A stretch of DNA of 64,000 nucleotides from Saprospiraceae bacterium. GTDB lineage: Bacteria > Bacteroidota > Bacteroidia > Chitinophagales > Saprospiraceae. Where the stretch lies: assembly GCA_045110315.1 (NCBI GenBank), contig JBGCFY010000046.1, forward strand, positions 49,016 through 113,015, in the 5' to 3' direction. Shown here piece after piece: positions 27,459-37,040 of this stretch. A model generated the notes under the pieces. The model did not search any database. It saw only the letters and a list, made by a program, of their open reading frames with translations, and was not told the DNA's origin. Made by a program: the position numbers and the translations under genes. Positions within the stretch are counted from its first letter, which is position 1, and each line of letters begins with the position of its first letter.

Positions 27459-27492
27459 GCCAGTTCCCCGCAAGAACTGGCACTTTTTTTTT
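27459..27492 (+). terminator. intrinsic terminator
   Basis: GCCAGTTC (27459-27466) pairs with GAACTGGC (27474-27481) across a 7-nt loop. It is followed by ac+TTTTTTTTT. It lies 250 nt downstream of the nearest + strand stop (27207). Confidence 0.7.
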
Positions 27493-27554
27493 ACTAAGTT
27501 CATAAATCTTCTTATTATTAAGGCTGAAAGTATTATTGATCCGAAAAAAGACCA

Positions 27555-28049
27555 ATGAAAGAAAGTAACCCTAGTACGCTAAATGAGTGGTATCAAATGA
27601 TTTTGAGTGAACCTAGTTATCTGATGGCGATTGCCATTGGTGGAGCAATTTTGATACTTTTGATTGCTCTAAATGTGAAAGGGAATAATAAAAAAGCAAT
27701 TTTAAAGAAGCACGCACCTAATTTTGTATTTGAAGCCTTTCAGTTGGCACCTTTAGGAAGAGATGCTTATTTTAAAATTAAAAACATCGGAGAACCTGCT
27801 TTTGTCAATTTCGTTGGCATTAAACAACGGGACGACATCAAAATAACCAATGCCAATACAACCAATTTTGAAGTTACTACCGATAAAATTTATGGCATTT
27901 TTTGTGAAATACAAGGCAACCAAAAAATCAAAGCTGATTTTGAAGTGGAAATAGATTTTAAAGATCGTTTAGGCAATCAGTATCGACAAGTCTTTGCAGT
28001 AGACGAAGCCTTGAACAAAGGAAAAGTTAAGCTCATCAACTACGCATAA
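27555..28049 (+). CDS. hypothetical single-pass membrane protein
   Basis: 164 aa. One TM helix (YLMAIAIGGAILILLIALNV) followed by a beta-rich ~110-aa domain. I recognise no family. Confidence 0.5.
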   Translation: MKESNPSTLNEWYQMILSEPSYLMAIAIGGAILILLIALNVKGNNKKAILKKHAPNFVFEAFQLAPLGRDAYFKIKNIGEPAFVNFVGIKQRDDIKITNANTTNFEVTTDKIYGIFCEIQGNQKIKADFEVEIDFKDRLGNQYRQVFAVDEALNKGKVKLINYA

Positions 28050-28057
28050 AGCGAATT

Positions 28058-30199
28058 TTACGCAACAATGTTTTCGATCATCAGGTCCAATATTTCTTTT
28101 GCAGCTTTTGCAATTACAGTCCCAGGACCGAACACACCAACAACTCCACTATTGTACAAAAAGTCATAATCTTGCGCAGGAATAACGCCACCGACGACGA
28201 CTAAAATATCTTCTCTTCCTAGTTTGGCAAGGGCTTCAATCGTTTCTGGAACTAAAGTTTTATGTCCAGCAGCCAAAGAAGAAATCCCTAGAATATGTAC
28301 ATCATTTTCTGCTGCTTGTTGCGCAGCTTCTTCTGGTGTTTGAAAAAGAGGTCCAATATCGACATCAAAACCTAAATCGGCAAAACTACTTGCAATCACC
28401 TTCGCCCCTCGATCATGTCCATCTTGTCCTAATTTTGCGACCATAATTCTCGGTCGTCGGCCTTCCAAATTTGCGAATTTATCCGCTAGTGCTTGTGTTG
28501 CTTTGAATGTTCCATCCATACTAATTTCGTTAGAATATACGCCAGATACTGCGCGGGTTGTTGCGACAAATCGCCCGAAAGCATTCTCCATCGCTAGAGA
28601 TATTTCTCCTAACGTAGCACGAGCACGAGCTGCAACAATGGCGAGTGCCAATAAATTACCTTCTCCCGTTTCGGCGCAATTTTGCAATGCTTTTAAAGCA
28701 GTCTGAACGGTACTCTCCGTACGTGTAGATTTAATTTCTGCGAGTCGCTTGAGCTGTGACTCTCGGACCGCTGTATTATCTACCTCTAAAATTTCTAAGT
28801 CCTGTTCTTCTTCTGTTTGAAATATATTTACCCCTACAATTTTATCCTTGCCACTATCAATTCTCGCCTGCTTTCTCGCCGCCGCTTCTTCAATTCTCAT
28901 TTTGGGCAAGCCTTTTTCAATCGCTTTAGTCATGCCTCCCAAAGCTTCAACTTCCTGAATCAATTCCCAACTTCGCTTCGCGATCTGATCCGTCAAATAT
29001 TCAACGTAATAAGAACCACCCCAAGGATCAACCGCCTTAGTGATTCCAGTTTCTTCTTGTATATACTTTTGGGTATCTCTTGCAATTTTTGCAGAAAAAT
29101 CAGTCGGCAGCGCAATCGCTTCGTCCAAAGCATTCGTATGTAACGATTGTGTACCACCAAGTACAGCAGCCATTGCTTCAATACAAGTGCGCGCTACATT
29201 ATTATAAGGATCTTGCTCCGTTAAACTCCACCCTGAAGTCTGGCAATGCGTCCGCAAAGCCATTGATTTAGGATTTTTAGGATTAAATTGTTTTACGATT
29301 TTTGCCCAAAGCATTCTCGCTGCACGCATCTTTGCGATTTCCATAAAATGATTCATTCCGATTCCCCAGAAAAAAGAAAGGCGAGGAGCAAAATCATCAA
29401 TAGTCAAACCAACCGCAAGACCTGCCCGAATATATTCTAAGCCATCCGCTAGCGTATAAGCCAATTCCAAATCAGCAGTCGCACCAGCTTCTTGCATATG
29501 GTAACCACTAATACTAATGGAATTAAAACTCGGCATATTAGCCGCCGTATACTCAAAAATATCTGCGATAATGCGCATCGAAGGAGTTGGTGGATAGATA
29601 TAAGTATTCCGCACCATGAATTCCTTCAAAATGTCATTTTGGATAGTACCTTTTAATAACTTAGGCTCTACTCCTTGTTCCTCTGCGGCTACAATATAAA
29701 AAGCCATGACGGGAATAACCGCACCGTTCATCGTCATTGATACCGACATCTTGTCGAGCGGAATTTGATCGAAAAGGATTTTCATGTCTTCTACGCTATC
29801 AATCGCTACTCCAGCTTTTCCAACGTCTCCTTTCACCCGAGGATGATCAGAATCATAGCCTCGATGTGTCGCTAGGTCAAAAGCAACCGACAATCCCTTT
29901 TGCCCCGCAGCAAGGTTACGCCGATAAAACGCATTACTATCTTCTGCCGTAGAAAATCCCGCATATTGACGAATTGTCCACGGTCGAATCGCATACATAG
30001 AACCATACGGTCCTCGCAAATAGGGAGGCAAACCTGCCACAAAATCTAGGTGTTGCAAAGCAGAAATATCTGCTCGATCATAGCTTGTCTGTAAGGGAAT
30101 CTTCTCTGGGCTCTCCCAAGTCTCTCCTTCCGTCGGACGGACTTGCGTTCTAAAAATAGTGGAATCAGGTGTAATCTTTGAAAAGTCGGGTTGCTTCAT
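28058..30199 (-). CDS. scpA: methylmalonyl-CoA mutase, single-chain form with fused B12-binding domain
   Basis: ~713 aa from ATG 30197-30199 (the track starts at TTG 30208). Shows the [44 protein letters not shown] block and the C-terminal DxHxxG cobalamin motif ([11 protein letters not shown]). Confidence 0.95.
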   Translation of the reverse strand: MKQPDFSKITPDSTIFRTQVRPTEGETWESPEKIPLQTSYDRADISALQHLDFVAGLPPYLRGPYGSMYAIRPWTIRQYAGFSTAEDSNAFYRRNLAAGQKGLSVAFDLATHRGYDSDHPRVKGDVGKAGVAIDSVEDMKILFDQIPLDKMSVSMTMNGAVIPVMAFYIVAAEEQGVEPKLLKGTIQNDILKEFMVRNTYIYPPTPSMRIIADIFEYTAANMPSFNSISISGYHMQEAGATADLELAYTLADGLEYIRAGLAVGLTIDDFAPRLSFFWGIGMNHFMEIAKMRAARMLWAKIVKQFNPKNPKSMALRTHCQTSGWSLTEQDPYNNVARTCIEAMAAVLGGTQSLHTNALDEAIALPTDFSAKIARDTQKYIQEETGITKAVDPWGGSYYVEYLTDQIAKRSWELIQEVEALGGMTKAIEKGLPKMRIEEAAARKQARIDSGKDKIVGVNIFQTEEEQDLEILEVDNTAVRESQLKRLAEIKSTRTESTVQTALKALQNCAETGEGNLLALAIVAARARATLGEISLAMENAFGRFVATTRAVSGVYSNEISMDGTFKATQALADKFANLEGRRPRIMVAKLGQDGHDRGAKVIASSFADLGFDVDIGPLFQTPEEAAQQAAENDVHILGISSLAAGHKTLVPETIEALAKLGREDILVVVGGVIPAQDYDFLYNSGVVGVFGPGTVIAKAAKEILDLMIENIVA

Positions 30200-30290
30200 G
30201 ATACACAATTTATGGAAGTTGTGTTAAAACTCCAAATGTACGAGAAGGAGTAAGTAGGTCTAGTAAATTTATTTTTGGTGGAAACCAAGT

Positions 30291-30330
30291 CTTAAGTAGC
30301 AAGGTAAAATTAAATTGCCTTGCTACCTAT
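30291..30330. repeat. palindromic intergenic repeat, copy F (TAAGTAGCAAGG subtype)
   Basis: GTAGCAAGG (30296-30304) pairs with CCTTGCTAC (30318-30326). It shares the 12-mer TAAGTAGCAAGG with 31232-31243. It lies downstream of the tonB stop. Confidence 0.6.
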
Positions 30331-30433
30331 AGTCACTTTCAAAATGAAAAGGACGACTTCGTGTGAAGCGCGTCCCTTTCCTGTCGTCGAAAAACTACCG
30401 AGTTTAATATTTTATCAAGTGTGATTAATGAGC

Positions 30434-31201
30434 TTACTCTAATTTGAATTTAACGGGAAGATTGAAATGTACTTTCACTGGTCGCCCAATTTGTTTGCCG
30501 GGAATCCATTTCGGCATTTTTTTTATGACGCGTGTTGTTTCTCGACCGCATCCAGCACCAATATCTCGGGCGATTTTAATGTCAGAGATACTTCCATCTT
30601 CATTGACTACAAAGCTCATCACCACTGTTCCTTCTACTTGATTATCTCTAGCCATCTCTGGATAGCGAACATTTTTACCAATAAATTGCAGTAATGCTTT
30701 TTCCGCACACTTCCTTTTCTCTTGCTTCGTCATATCCTCAGATTCACAGCCAGGAAAGCGAGGCATTTCTTCCACGACGGAAAAAATTTCTGGAATATCT
30801 AGTTCTGGCTCTACAATTACTGGAGGGGCAGGTTTTTCCTTGGGCCTAGGTTTCGCTACTGGAGGGGCAGGTTTGGTTACTTTTGTGAAGACATCTTCGA
30901 GCGGCTTCGTTTCTAATTGCTCTACAATCGGCTCAGGATCAAATTCAGGTTCTTCTATTGGTTCGATTTCGCTGCTTGGCTCAACCATGACCGGAGGCGG
31001 TTCTGGAGGATTTTCTCTAGGAGTACGAATGACTTCTACCGCTTCGGTTGTGACGGGTAGGAATTCATTATCAAGTAAAGAATCATTACTATAAGTTGTC
31101 CAATTAAAAGCTAACACCATGAAGCTAAGGGATAAAAGCATCCCAATCTTCATGTGGATGGATCTATTTTTTCTTAATTTTGAAATATCTGGTCTATTCA
31201 T
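30434..31201 (-). CDS. tonB: energy transducer TonB
   Basis: N-terminal anchor, a Pro/Glu-rich spacer (PPEPPPVMVEP...KPAPPVAKPRPKEKPAPPV), and a C-terminal TonB domain (YPEMARDNQVEGTVVMSFVVNEDGSISDIKI...). Confidence 0.8.
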   Translation of the reverse strand: MNRPDISKLRKNRSIHMKIGMLLSLSFMVLAFNWTTYSNDSLLDNEFLPVTTEAVEVIRTPRENPPEPPPVMVEPSSEIEPIEEPEFDPEPIVEQLETKPLEDVFTKVTKPAPPVAKPRPKEKPAPPVIVEPELDIPEIFSVVEEMPRFPGCESEDMTKQEKRKCAEKALLQFIGKNVRYPEMARDNQVEGTVVMSFVVNEDGSISDIKIARDIGAGCGRETTRVIKKMPKWIPGKQIGRPVKVHFNLPVKFKLE

Positions 31202-31230
31202 TTTGATTCAATTTAAAAGGATGAATATAT

Positions 31231-31283
31231 CTAAGTAGCAAGGCAAATTAATGGCAATTTAATTTTGTCTTGGTACTTACTTA
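31231..31283. repeat. palindromic intergenic repeat, copy E (diverged GTACTAAG family member)
   Basis: ctaagtagcaaggcaaattaatggcaatttaattttgtcttggtacttacttaag aligns along its length with the reverse complement of copy B. The arms AAGTAGCAAGGCAAA and TTTGTCTTGGTACTT pair over 15 bp with 2 mismatches. It starts 30 nt upstream of the tonB start codon. Confidence 0.6.
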
Positions 31284-31592
31284 AGCACACAAAAGGAGTA
31301 CGCTGCTGAATACACACTACTATAATTAATACTTCACTTTGAAAACTTCTTTTCAGTGATTAGGTACTAATTTTATACTAGTGTAATTGTTTAAATTGGT
31401 CGACCAAACTATTTTTCGAAGCGCTTGTTTTAAACTTAGGATTAAAATCTATTCTCAAGCAACTTCAATTATAAAGATGTACCCTAGTTTATTTTTGGTG
31501 GGTGCATGCGCATATTTTTTTTTAAAAGCGTATTTTTGTAACATGAGTAGTGATTTGAGCGTTTTGCATACAACTAGTAAAAACAAAAGGAC

Positions 31593-32840
31593 TTGATAGA
31601 ATTTTCGAGATTTGAATTAGCCAATGGATTAAAGGTTTTAGTGCACGAAGATCGTAGTACGCCGATGGTTGCGATGGATGTTTTATATAATGTAGGCTCT
31701 AGAGACGAACTACCTTCCAAGACGGGATTTGCCCATTTGTTTGAGCACTTGATGTTCAGTGGTTCCACCAACATTGATGACTTTGACGATATCATTCAAA
31801 ATGCCGGAGGAGAGAGTAACGCTTTTACCAATAGTGATATTACCAACTTCTACGATATTGTTCCAGCCGAGAATATGGAAACGGTATTTTGGTTAGAATC
31901 TGACCGAATGCTTAGTCTCAATTTTGATGAAAAAGCTTTGGCGGTGCAACGTAAAGTCGTCGTAGAAGAATTTAAAGAGACTTGCCTCAACCAACCTTAC
32001 GGCGACGTTTGGCACCATTTAGCAGAATTAGCTTACACCGTTCATCCTTACCGTTGGCCAACGATAGGGAAAGTTCCTAGGCACGTGGAAGAAGCTACCT
32101 TAGAGGATGTTAAAGATTTTTTCTATAAATACTATCGCCCAAACAATGCCATTCTCGTAGTTGCGGGGAATACAACGCTTGCGGAAGTAGAAGCCCTTAG
32201 TCAAAAATGGTTTGGAGATATTCCCGCAGGAAAAGTTCCAAAGAGACAAATTCCCATTGAGCCCAAACAGCTAAATTTCAATCAAAGAATTAATGAGGCT
32301 CAAGTACCTGTCGATGCACTTTTTTTAGCTTTCCACGCACCAGGTAGAGCCGACGAGGATTACTACGCCGCAGATATTTTATCGGATATTCTTTGTAATG
32401 GTCCTTCTTCTCGCTTGTATCGAAAACTCTATAAGGAGCAAAAATTGTTTACTAGTATTGATGCCTACGTAACGGGAAATATTGATCCCGGACTGTTGAT
32501 CATCGAAGGAAAGCCAGCGACGGGTATTACCATTGAAACGGCAGAAGCCGCTATTTGGCAAGAACTAGAAGCCATTAAAGAGGAAGGCATCAGTGAAGCA
32601 GAATTACAAAAGCACAAAAACAAAATTGAAAGCACGCTTTGCTTTTCGGAAGCTAATGTTTTGAATAAAGCCATTAACCTTGCCTTTTTTGAATTACTAG
32701 GAGACGCAGGACTTATCAACGAAGAAGTCAATTTCTATCAACGCCTCCGAACTAGCGACGTAGAAGAAATGGCGCATAAAATACTAACAAAAAATAATTG
32801 TTCCGAATTGCGTTATCAAGCCGCCATGATGACGCGCTAG
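31593..32840 (+). CDS. M16-family (pitrilysin-like) zinc peptidase
   Basis: Inverted zinc motif GFAHLFEHLMFSGS (HxxEH). 415 aa. TTG start giving MIEFSRFELANGLKVLVHED. Confidence 0.85.
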   Translation: MIEFSRFELANGLKVLVHEDRSTPMVAMDVLYNVGSRDELPSKTGFAHLFEHLMFSGSTNIDDFDDIIQNAGGESNAFTNSDITNFYDIVPAENMETVFWLESDRMLSLNFDEKALAVQRKVVVEEFKETCLNQPYGDVWHHLAELAYTVHPYRWPTIGKVPRHVEEATLEDVKDFFYKYYRPNNAILVVAGNTTLAEVEALSQKWFGDIPAGKVPKRQIPIEPKQLNFNQRINEAQVPVDALFLAFHAPGRADEDYYAADILSDILCNGPSSRLYRKLYKEQKLFTSIDAYVTGNIDPGLLIIEGKPATGITIETAEAAIWQELEAIKEEGISEAELQKHKNKIESTLCFSEANVLNKAINLAFFELLGDAGLINEEVNFYQRLRTSDVEEMAHKILTKNNCSELRYQAAMMTR

Positions 32841-32854
32841 TTAATAAAGTTGTT

Positions 32855-35800
32855 TTAAAAGCTGCAGCACTTAATGTTTAACAGGCGATCGTCTCTATCA
32901 AAAGGACTTAGTTTGAGCAAGTCTACACTAAAGCTAATCCTTGCCAAAAAGTTTCCGTTCGCACGAGTATCATATAAGTCTCGAAGATTTTTAGAATTAA
33001 AAATTGGAATATAAACACCGACTGATTCTTTCCAAAACTCCAACATTACTCCACCACTATAAACGAGTTGGTTCGTCAATTCTACTTCTTTAAATTTCTT
33101 AAAATACGCAAGATCAAAATAAGGCTTTAATGGCAAACCAAAAGGTAAGTTAACGGGCAAGTCGGCTTTCATATTGAGGGATAATACCAGTTGGTTAGAT
33201 AAGCCAATATTAAAAGCACCGCCAAAGGCATTTTTCAAGCCGCCATCCCGAATACTTACCTGTTGTGACCAAATATCTTCTTGCTCTGAGCGACCAAAAT
33301 AAAAATCATCATAGCCATAATCTGTAAAACCTTGCGCCGTGGTACTGTAAGAACCTCTTGTCAATTCATTAAAATAAGTATTCGTCGTATCGCGCGTATT
33401 ACTAAGGTAGCCACCAGCAAAAATTCTAATATCAATGTATTTGTCCGCTTGGTAAAGGTAACTCGTTTTTAATTCTAGGCTCGCTTTCAAGTAGCTTTCT
33501 GAACTGATCTCTAAGCGTTCGTAAGCTTGGTGCTCTAAAGTCAACAGTACCCCATAAGGATTGATTAAACGATAGTTTTCTAACTTATAGGTCAACCGAT
33601 TAATCATTGTCTGCTCTAATTCATTACCATCATAGACGACTTCTCCATCAACAAAAGAAAGCTCAGGACTTTCGGTAGCGAGCAAGATACTTTTGGCTTG
33701 TATCGTATGTACCGTATTGCTATTTGCTCCCGTGCCTAAAACTACGGTTACACTCGGTGCAAGTCGATAATATTTAAGGTCGTAGTCAAATCTTGGATTA
33801 TAATTTTCATGAAAACTTTTCCCATTCAAGGCGAGACTGATACGATCAATGCTATTACTTTCAGGAAAAAAATTATACTTTAAATGAGCAGTACCTAGTA
33901 CATCTTTCGTCACAAAAGAGTACAATGGAGCGATGCCATATTCAAACCGTTTTTCAACGTCTCCTTTATTATGAAACAAAGCGCCCAGCATAAATTTATC
34001 GTAATTATTCCAAGCGAAAAGCGGCATAATATTAAACTCAGACTTGAGTGGATTATCTCTTCCGTAAATAAATTTAGGTGCAATGGGAGCGACAGATTTA
34101 AGTAAGCCGGAGGTCTTTTTAATATTATCCGCTTGATTCACTTCAGGCATTTCTTGATCGATGTTCACGCCAATCAAATCGTAATCTCCCGCACCAAAGT
34201 TAATATCTTGCACTCCCGAAAATCCTTTATACCATTTCGTTTGAATGAGCTTTCCCTCTTTCATCCCTGAAACAGAAAAAGGGGCATTAATTTCTGCTTT
34301 GTTCTCTACCGTTAATTGCCAACCTTCGTTTGCTTTGACCGTTTTGAGTTTATAATCTATTTCTTTATTCGTTTGAATTAAATCTTCAAAAAACCAAGTT
34401 AAGTCTTCCCCCGTTTCTGCTTCTAAAACTTGGCGCAAATCTTTTGGCTGAGGATGTTTGAATTGCCAAGTTTCATAATAGCGACGTATCGCTTGATCAA
34501 ATTTTGCTCGACCTAAATAAGCCTCCAGTATTTTTAAAATCATAATAGGTTTATCATAACTCGCCACAAAATAATTGGCACGACTCATTTCCTCAACGGG
34601 TGCGTCTGGAGCAACATCAAAATTCAGTCTAGCCAAACTGCGATACTGATTAGTTGTGCTCAACAAATCAAGCACCTCACTACTTCCTACTTGGTTTCCC
34701 GAATTTTCTTCTTCAGATAGATAATACTGTCTCAGATAAGCTTCCTCATAATAAGAGTTTAATCCTTCGTCCATCCACGCATGATCCCGCTCGTTGGAAG
34801 CTAAAACTCCATAAAACCAATTGTGCCCTACTTCATGGGTAATCACCGCATCTAAAGACGCTGCATTTCCTTCTTCTCCAATCAAAGTAATCATTGGATA
34901 TTCCATACCGCCACCTTTACTTAACTGACTATATACCGCAGTCGCCTGAGGATAAGGATATTCGCCGACCCGTTCACTATAATATTTTAAAGATCGATCG
35001 AGGTAAGTCAATGCTTCTGCCCAAAGATTTTTCTCCGCATGGGTAAACATTGCCCAAATGTCAATTTTCTTACCCGAAGGTAATGCTGTCTGTCCTCGCT
35101 GAACCAAAAACCTTTTGTCGGCAAACCACGCAAAATCATGTACTTGAGATGCTGTAAAACGAATCGTTTTGAGTTTTGCACTGGATGGTGGAAAGGTATC
35201 TAGCAACATCAAATTTTGAGTAATCTGTTTATCCGTTTTTTCCATTCCAGTAGACAATTGCCCCGCGCTAGTTTTTATTTTTTCTTCCAAAAAGGCTTGT
35301 TCCGAAGGTGTTTGCAACATTCCTGTAGCACCAACTACATAATTTTCGGGAAGCGTAATTTTTACATCAAAATTACCAAATTCACTATAAAACTCTCCTA
35401 GGTTTAAATAAGGCATCGGATGCCAACCTTCTTGATCATAGACCGCAGGTTTAGGATACCACTGTGTAATTTGGTAAGATTGATTAACGTGACCTAAACG
35501 AGAAAAAGAAGCGGGTAATTTTAAAGTAAAGGGAGTACTAATTTGAATTTTTTCGCCGGGTTGTAATGGTTTCTCTAACGTCAGTATAGCAATATCAATA
35601 TGCTTTTTATCTAAACTCCAACTAACTTGTTGACCATCGACTGAAAAATCTAATGCTTTGTAATAACCAAGTTGCTGATCCTCCGCAAAATAGAAAGAAG
35701 GGTCATGATGCTGTATTTGTTGCTTTGCGAAAGCAGTTTGCTGATTTTTGTAAGCATTACCCCAAAGGTGCATATAAATCTCAGCAAGTTCATCTGGCGA

Positions 35801-36055
35801 ATTATTCGTATAATCAATATCGACAATTCCTTTCAGTTCGTGGGTTTTATCGTCTAAACTCACTTCAATATCGTACGCAACGGCTTGCTGAAAATAAGCT
35901 TCTTGCGCCCAACTCATCGTCGTGAAAAGCAAGGTAAAAATCAAAGCACTTGCACCCTTAATTTGTCCTACGTATCTTTGGTAAACCGAAGAAGATATTT
36001 TTTCTTTTTGTAAAAATAATAGCGCGATAAAATATTTTTCAATTAATGTTTTCAT
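32855..36055 (-). CDS. M1-family metallopeptidase with large beta-rich C-terminal extension
   Basis: VITHEVGHNWFYGVLASNERDHAWMDEGLNSY (HExxH-x18-E gluzincin signature). The N-terminus is signal-like. The C-terminal ~450 aa has an alternating beta-strand pattern and ends ...NIKCCSF. Confidence 0.8.
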   Translation of the reverse strand: MKTLIEKYFIALLFLQKEKISSSVYQRYVGQIKGASALIFTLLFTTMSWAQEAYFQQAVAYDIEVSLDDKTHELKGIVDIDYTNNSPDELAEIYMHLWGNAYKNQQTAFAKQQIQHHDPSFYFAEDQQLGYYKALDFSVDGQQVSWSLDKKHIDIAILTLEKPLQPGEKIQISTPFTLKLPASFSRLGHVNQSYQITQWYPKPAVYDQEGWHPMPYLNLGEFYSEFGNFDVKITLPENYVVGATGMLQTPSEQAFLEEKIKTSAGQLSTGMEKTDKQITQNLMLLDTFPPSSAKLKTIRFTASQVHDFAWFADKRFLVQRGQTALPSGKKIDIWAMFTHAEKNLWAEALTYLDRSLKYYSERVGEYPYPQATAVYSQLSKGGGMEYPMITLIGEEGNAASLDAVITHEVGHNWFYGVLASNERDHAWMDEGLNSYYEEAYLRQYYLSEEENSGNQVGSSEVLDLLSTTNQYRSLARLNFDVAPDAPVEEMSRANYFVASYDKPIMILKILEAYLGRAKFDQAIRRYYETWQFKHPQPKDLRQVLEAETGEDLTWFFEDLIQTNKEIDYKLKTVKANEGWQLTVENKAEINAPFSVSGMKEGKLIQTKWYKGFSGVQDINFGAGDYDLIGVNIDQEMPEVNQADNIKKTSGLLKSVAPIAPKFIYGRDNPLKSEFNIMPLFAWNNYDKFMLGALFHNKGDVEKRFEYGIAPLYSFVTKDVLGTAHLKYNFFPESNSIDRISLALNGKSFHENYNPRFDYDLKYYRLAPSVTVVLGTGANSNTVHTIQAKSILLATESPELSFVDGEVVYDGNELEQTMINRLTYKLENYRLINPYGVLLTLEHQAYERLEISSESYLKASLELKTSYLYQADKYIDIRIFAGGYLSNTRDTTNTYFNELTRGSYSTTAQGFTDYGYDDFYFGRSEQEDIWSQQVSIRDGGLKNAFGGAFNIGLSNQLVLSLNMKADLPVNLPFGLPLKPYFDLAYFKKFKEVELTNQLVYSGGVMLEFWKESVGVYIPIFNSKNLRDLYDTRANGNFLARISFSVDLLKLSPFDRDDRLLNIKCCSF

Positions 36056-36171
36056 AAGACGATTAACATTTTTAGCAGTAGTTTCTGTATACTGACTTGA
36101 GTTTAGAAGAAGCTTCGTTATTAAACGTTATGATTAGAAACTTTCCTTAATACATATCAAATCTAGTTCCA

Positions 36172-36759
36172 ATGCGACACATATTACTATTTTTTTTCAT
36201 TCTTTTTCAGTTCCAAGCTTCCGCTGAGCAGAATTTGAATCATTTTCATAGCAAACAAAGGCTTTCTTTACTGCAAGAAGATAGTTTAAGCTTTCCCCAA
36301 ACTTGGGAAGGAATTTGGGTCGGAGAATTGAAAATTCATAATGCAACAGGACTTGTACAAACCTTACCGATGGAGTTACACATTTTGCCATTAGATAGTG
36401 CCGATTTGTACAGTTGGACCATTATTTACGGTGAGGATAAAATAAAAGGTAAGCGAGATTATTTGCTCGTCCCCGTAGACCCAACTCAGGGACACTATCT
36501 GATTGACGAACAAAATTCGATTGGCTTAGATGCTTTTTTATTAGGCGAACAATTTTACCAACGCTTTTCTGTTGCCGGTAATATGTTGCTAACGAGTACT
36601 GCACTCCGAGAAGGTCAATTGGTATGGGAAATTATTTCTGGTAGCCTCACGCCCGTGCAAGTCACTGGCAATACGCAACGAGGAGACGAAGAAATTCCTG
36701 AAGTGTCCGCTTTTCCAATTAAAGTTTTACAACGAGCCATACTCCTAAGAAAAAAATAA
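36172..36759 (+). CDS. secreted hypothetical protein
   Basis: 195 aa with signal peptide MRHILLFFFILFQFQASAEQ. I recognise no family. Confidence 0.5.
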   Translation: MRHILLFFFILFQFQASAEQNLNHFHSKQRLSLLQEDSLSFPQTWEGIWVGELKIHNATGLVQTLPMELHILPLDSADLYSWTIIYGEDKIKGKRDYLLVPVDPTQGHYLIDEQNSIGLDAFLLGEQFYQRFSVAGNMLLTSTALREGQLVWEIISGSLTPVQVTGNTQRGDEEIPEVSAFPIKVLQRAILLRKK

Positions 36760-36787
36760 CCTTACCGAACCATAAGATTCGGTAAGG
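36751..36787 (-). terminator. hairpin with T-run on the minus strand, overlapping the + gene stop codon
   Basis: CCTTACCGAA (36760-36769) pairs perfectly (10 bp) with TTCGGTAAGG (36778-36787). The minus-strand tail is TTATTTTTTT. It could end galE transcripts, although it is 250 nt from the galE stop. Confidence 0.5.
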
Positions 36788-37040
36788 CAATATACTATGG
36801 ATACCCTATGACTGTTCTCTTAAATTTAACCCATAGACATATTTTTATACAAGCCAAATCATCAATATGGCTTGTACAAATATCGGAATATAAATTGAAT
36901 TAAACAAAAATCAGAAAATGAATACCGATGAACAATATGGTGAAATTTCGCTACAGCAAATATCCAAAAACACCAATTTCACGGTATCAACAGTAATGCT
37001 CAATCGAGACTACGCTAAAGTTTTGCGGGTACAACTGAGT

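Noticed and set aside
26395-28049. Calling the antirepressor-like islet a prophage or mobile element
   Set aside because: No integrase, transposase, terminal repeats, tRNA target or structural phage genes are present. It is reported only as an accessory-looking islet.
30209-30433. Looked for a cobalamin riboswitch or other leader element upstream of the B12-dependent mutase gene
   Set aside because: I could not recognise the B12-box or the characteristic helices. The spacer is occupied by palindromic repeat F, which is 3' of tonB.
36848-36981. Two further hairpins 3' of galE: TACAAGCCA/TGGCTTGTA at 36848-36876 and GTGAAATT/AATTTCAC at 36938-36981
   Set aside because: The stems are short, neither strand has a T-run, and there is no repetition elsewhere. 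The evidence is insufficient to call them terminators or RNA elements.
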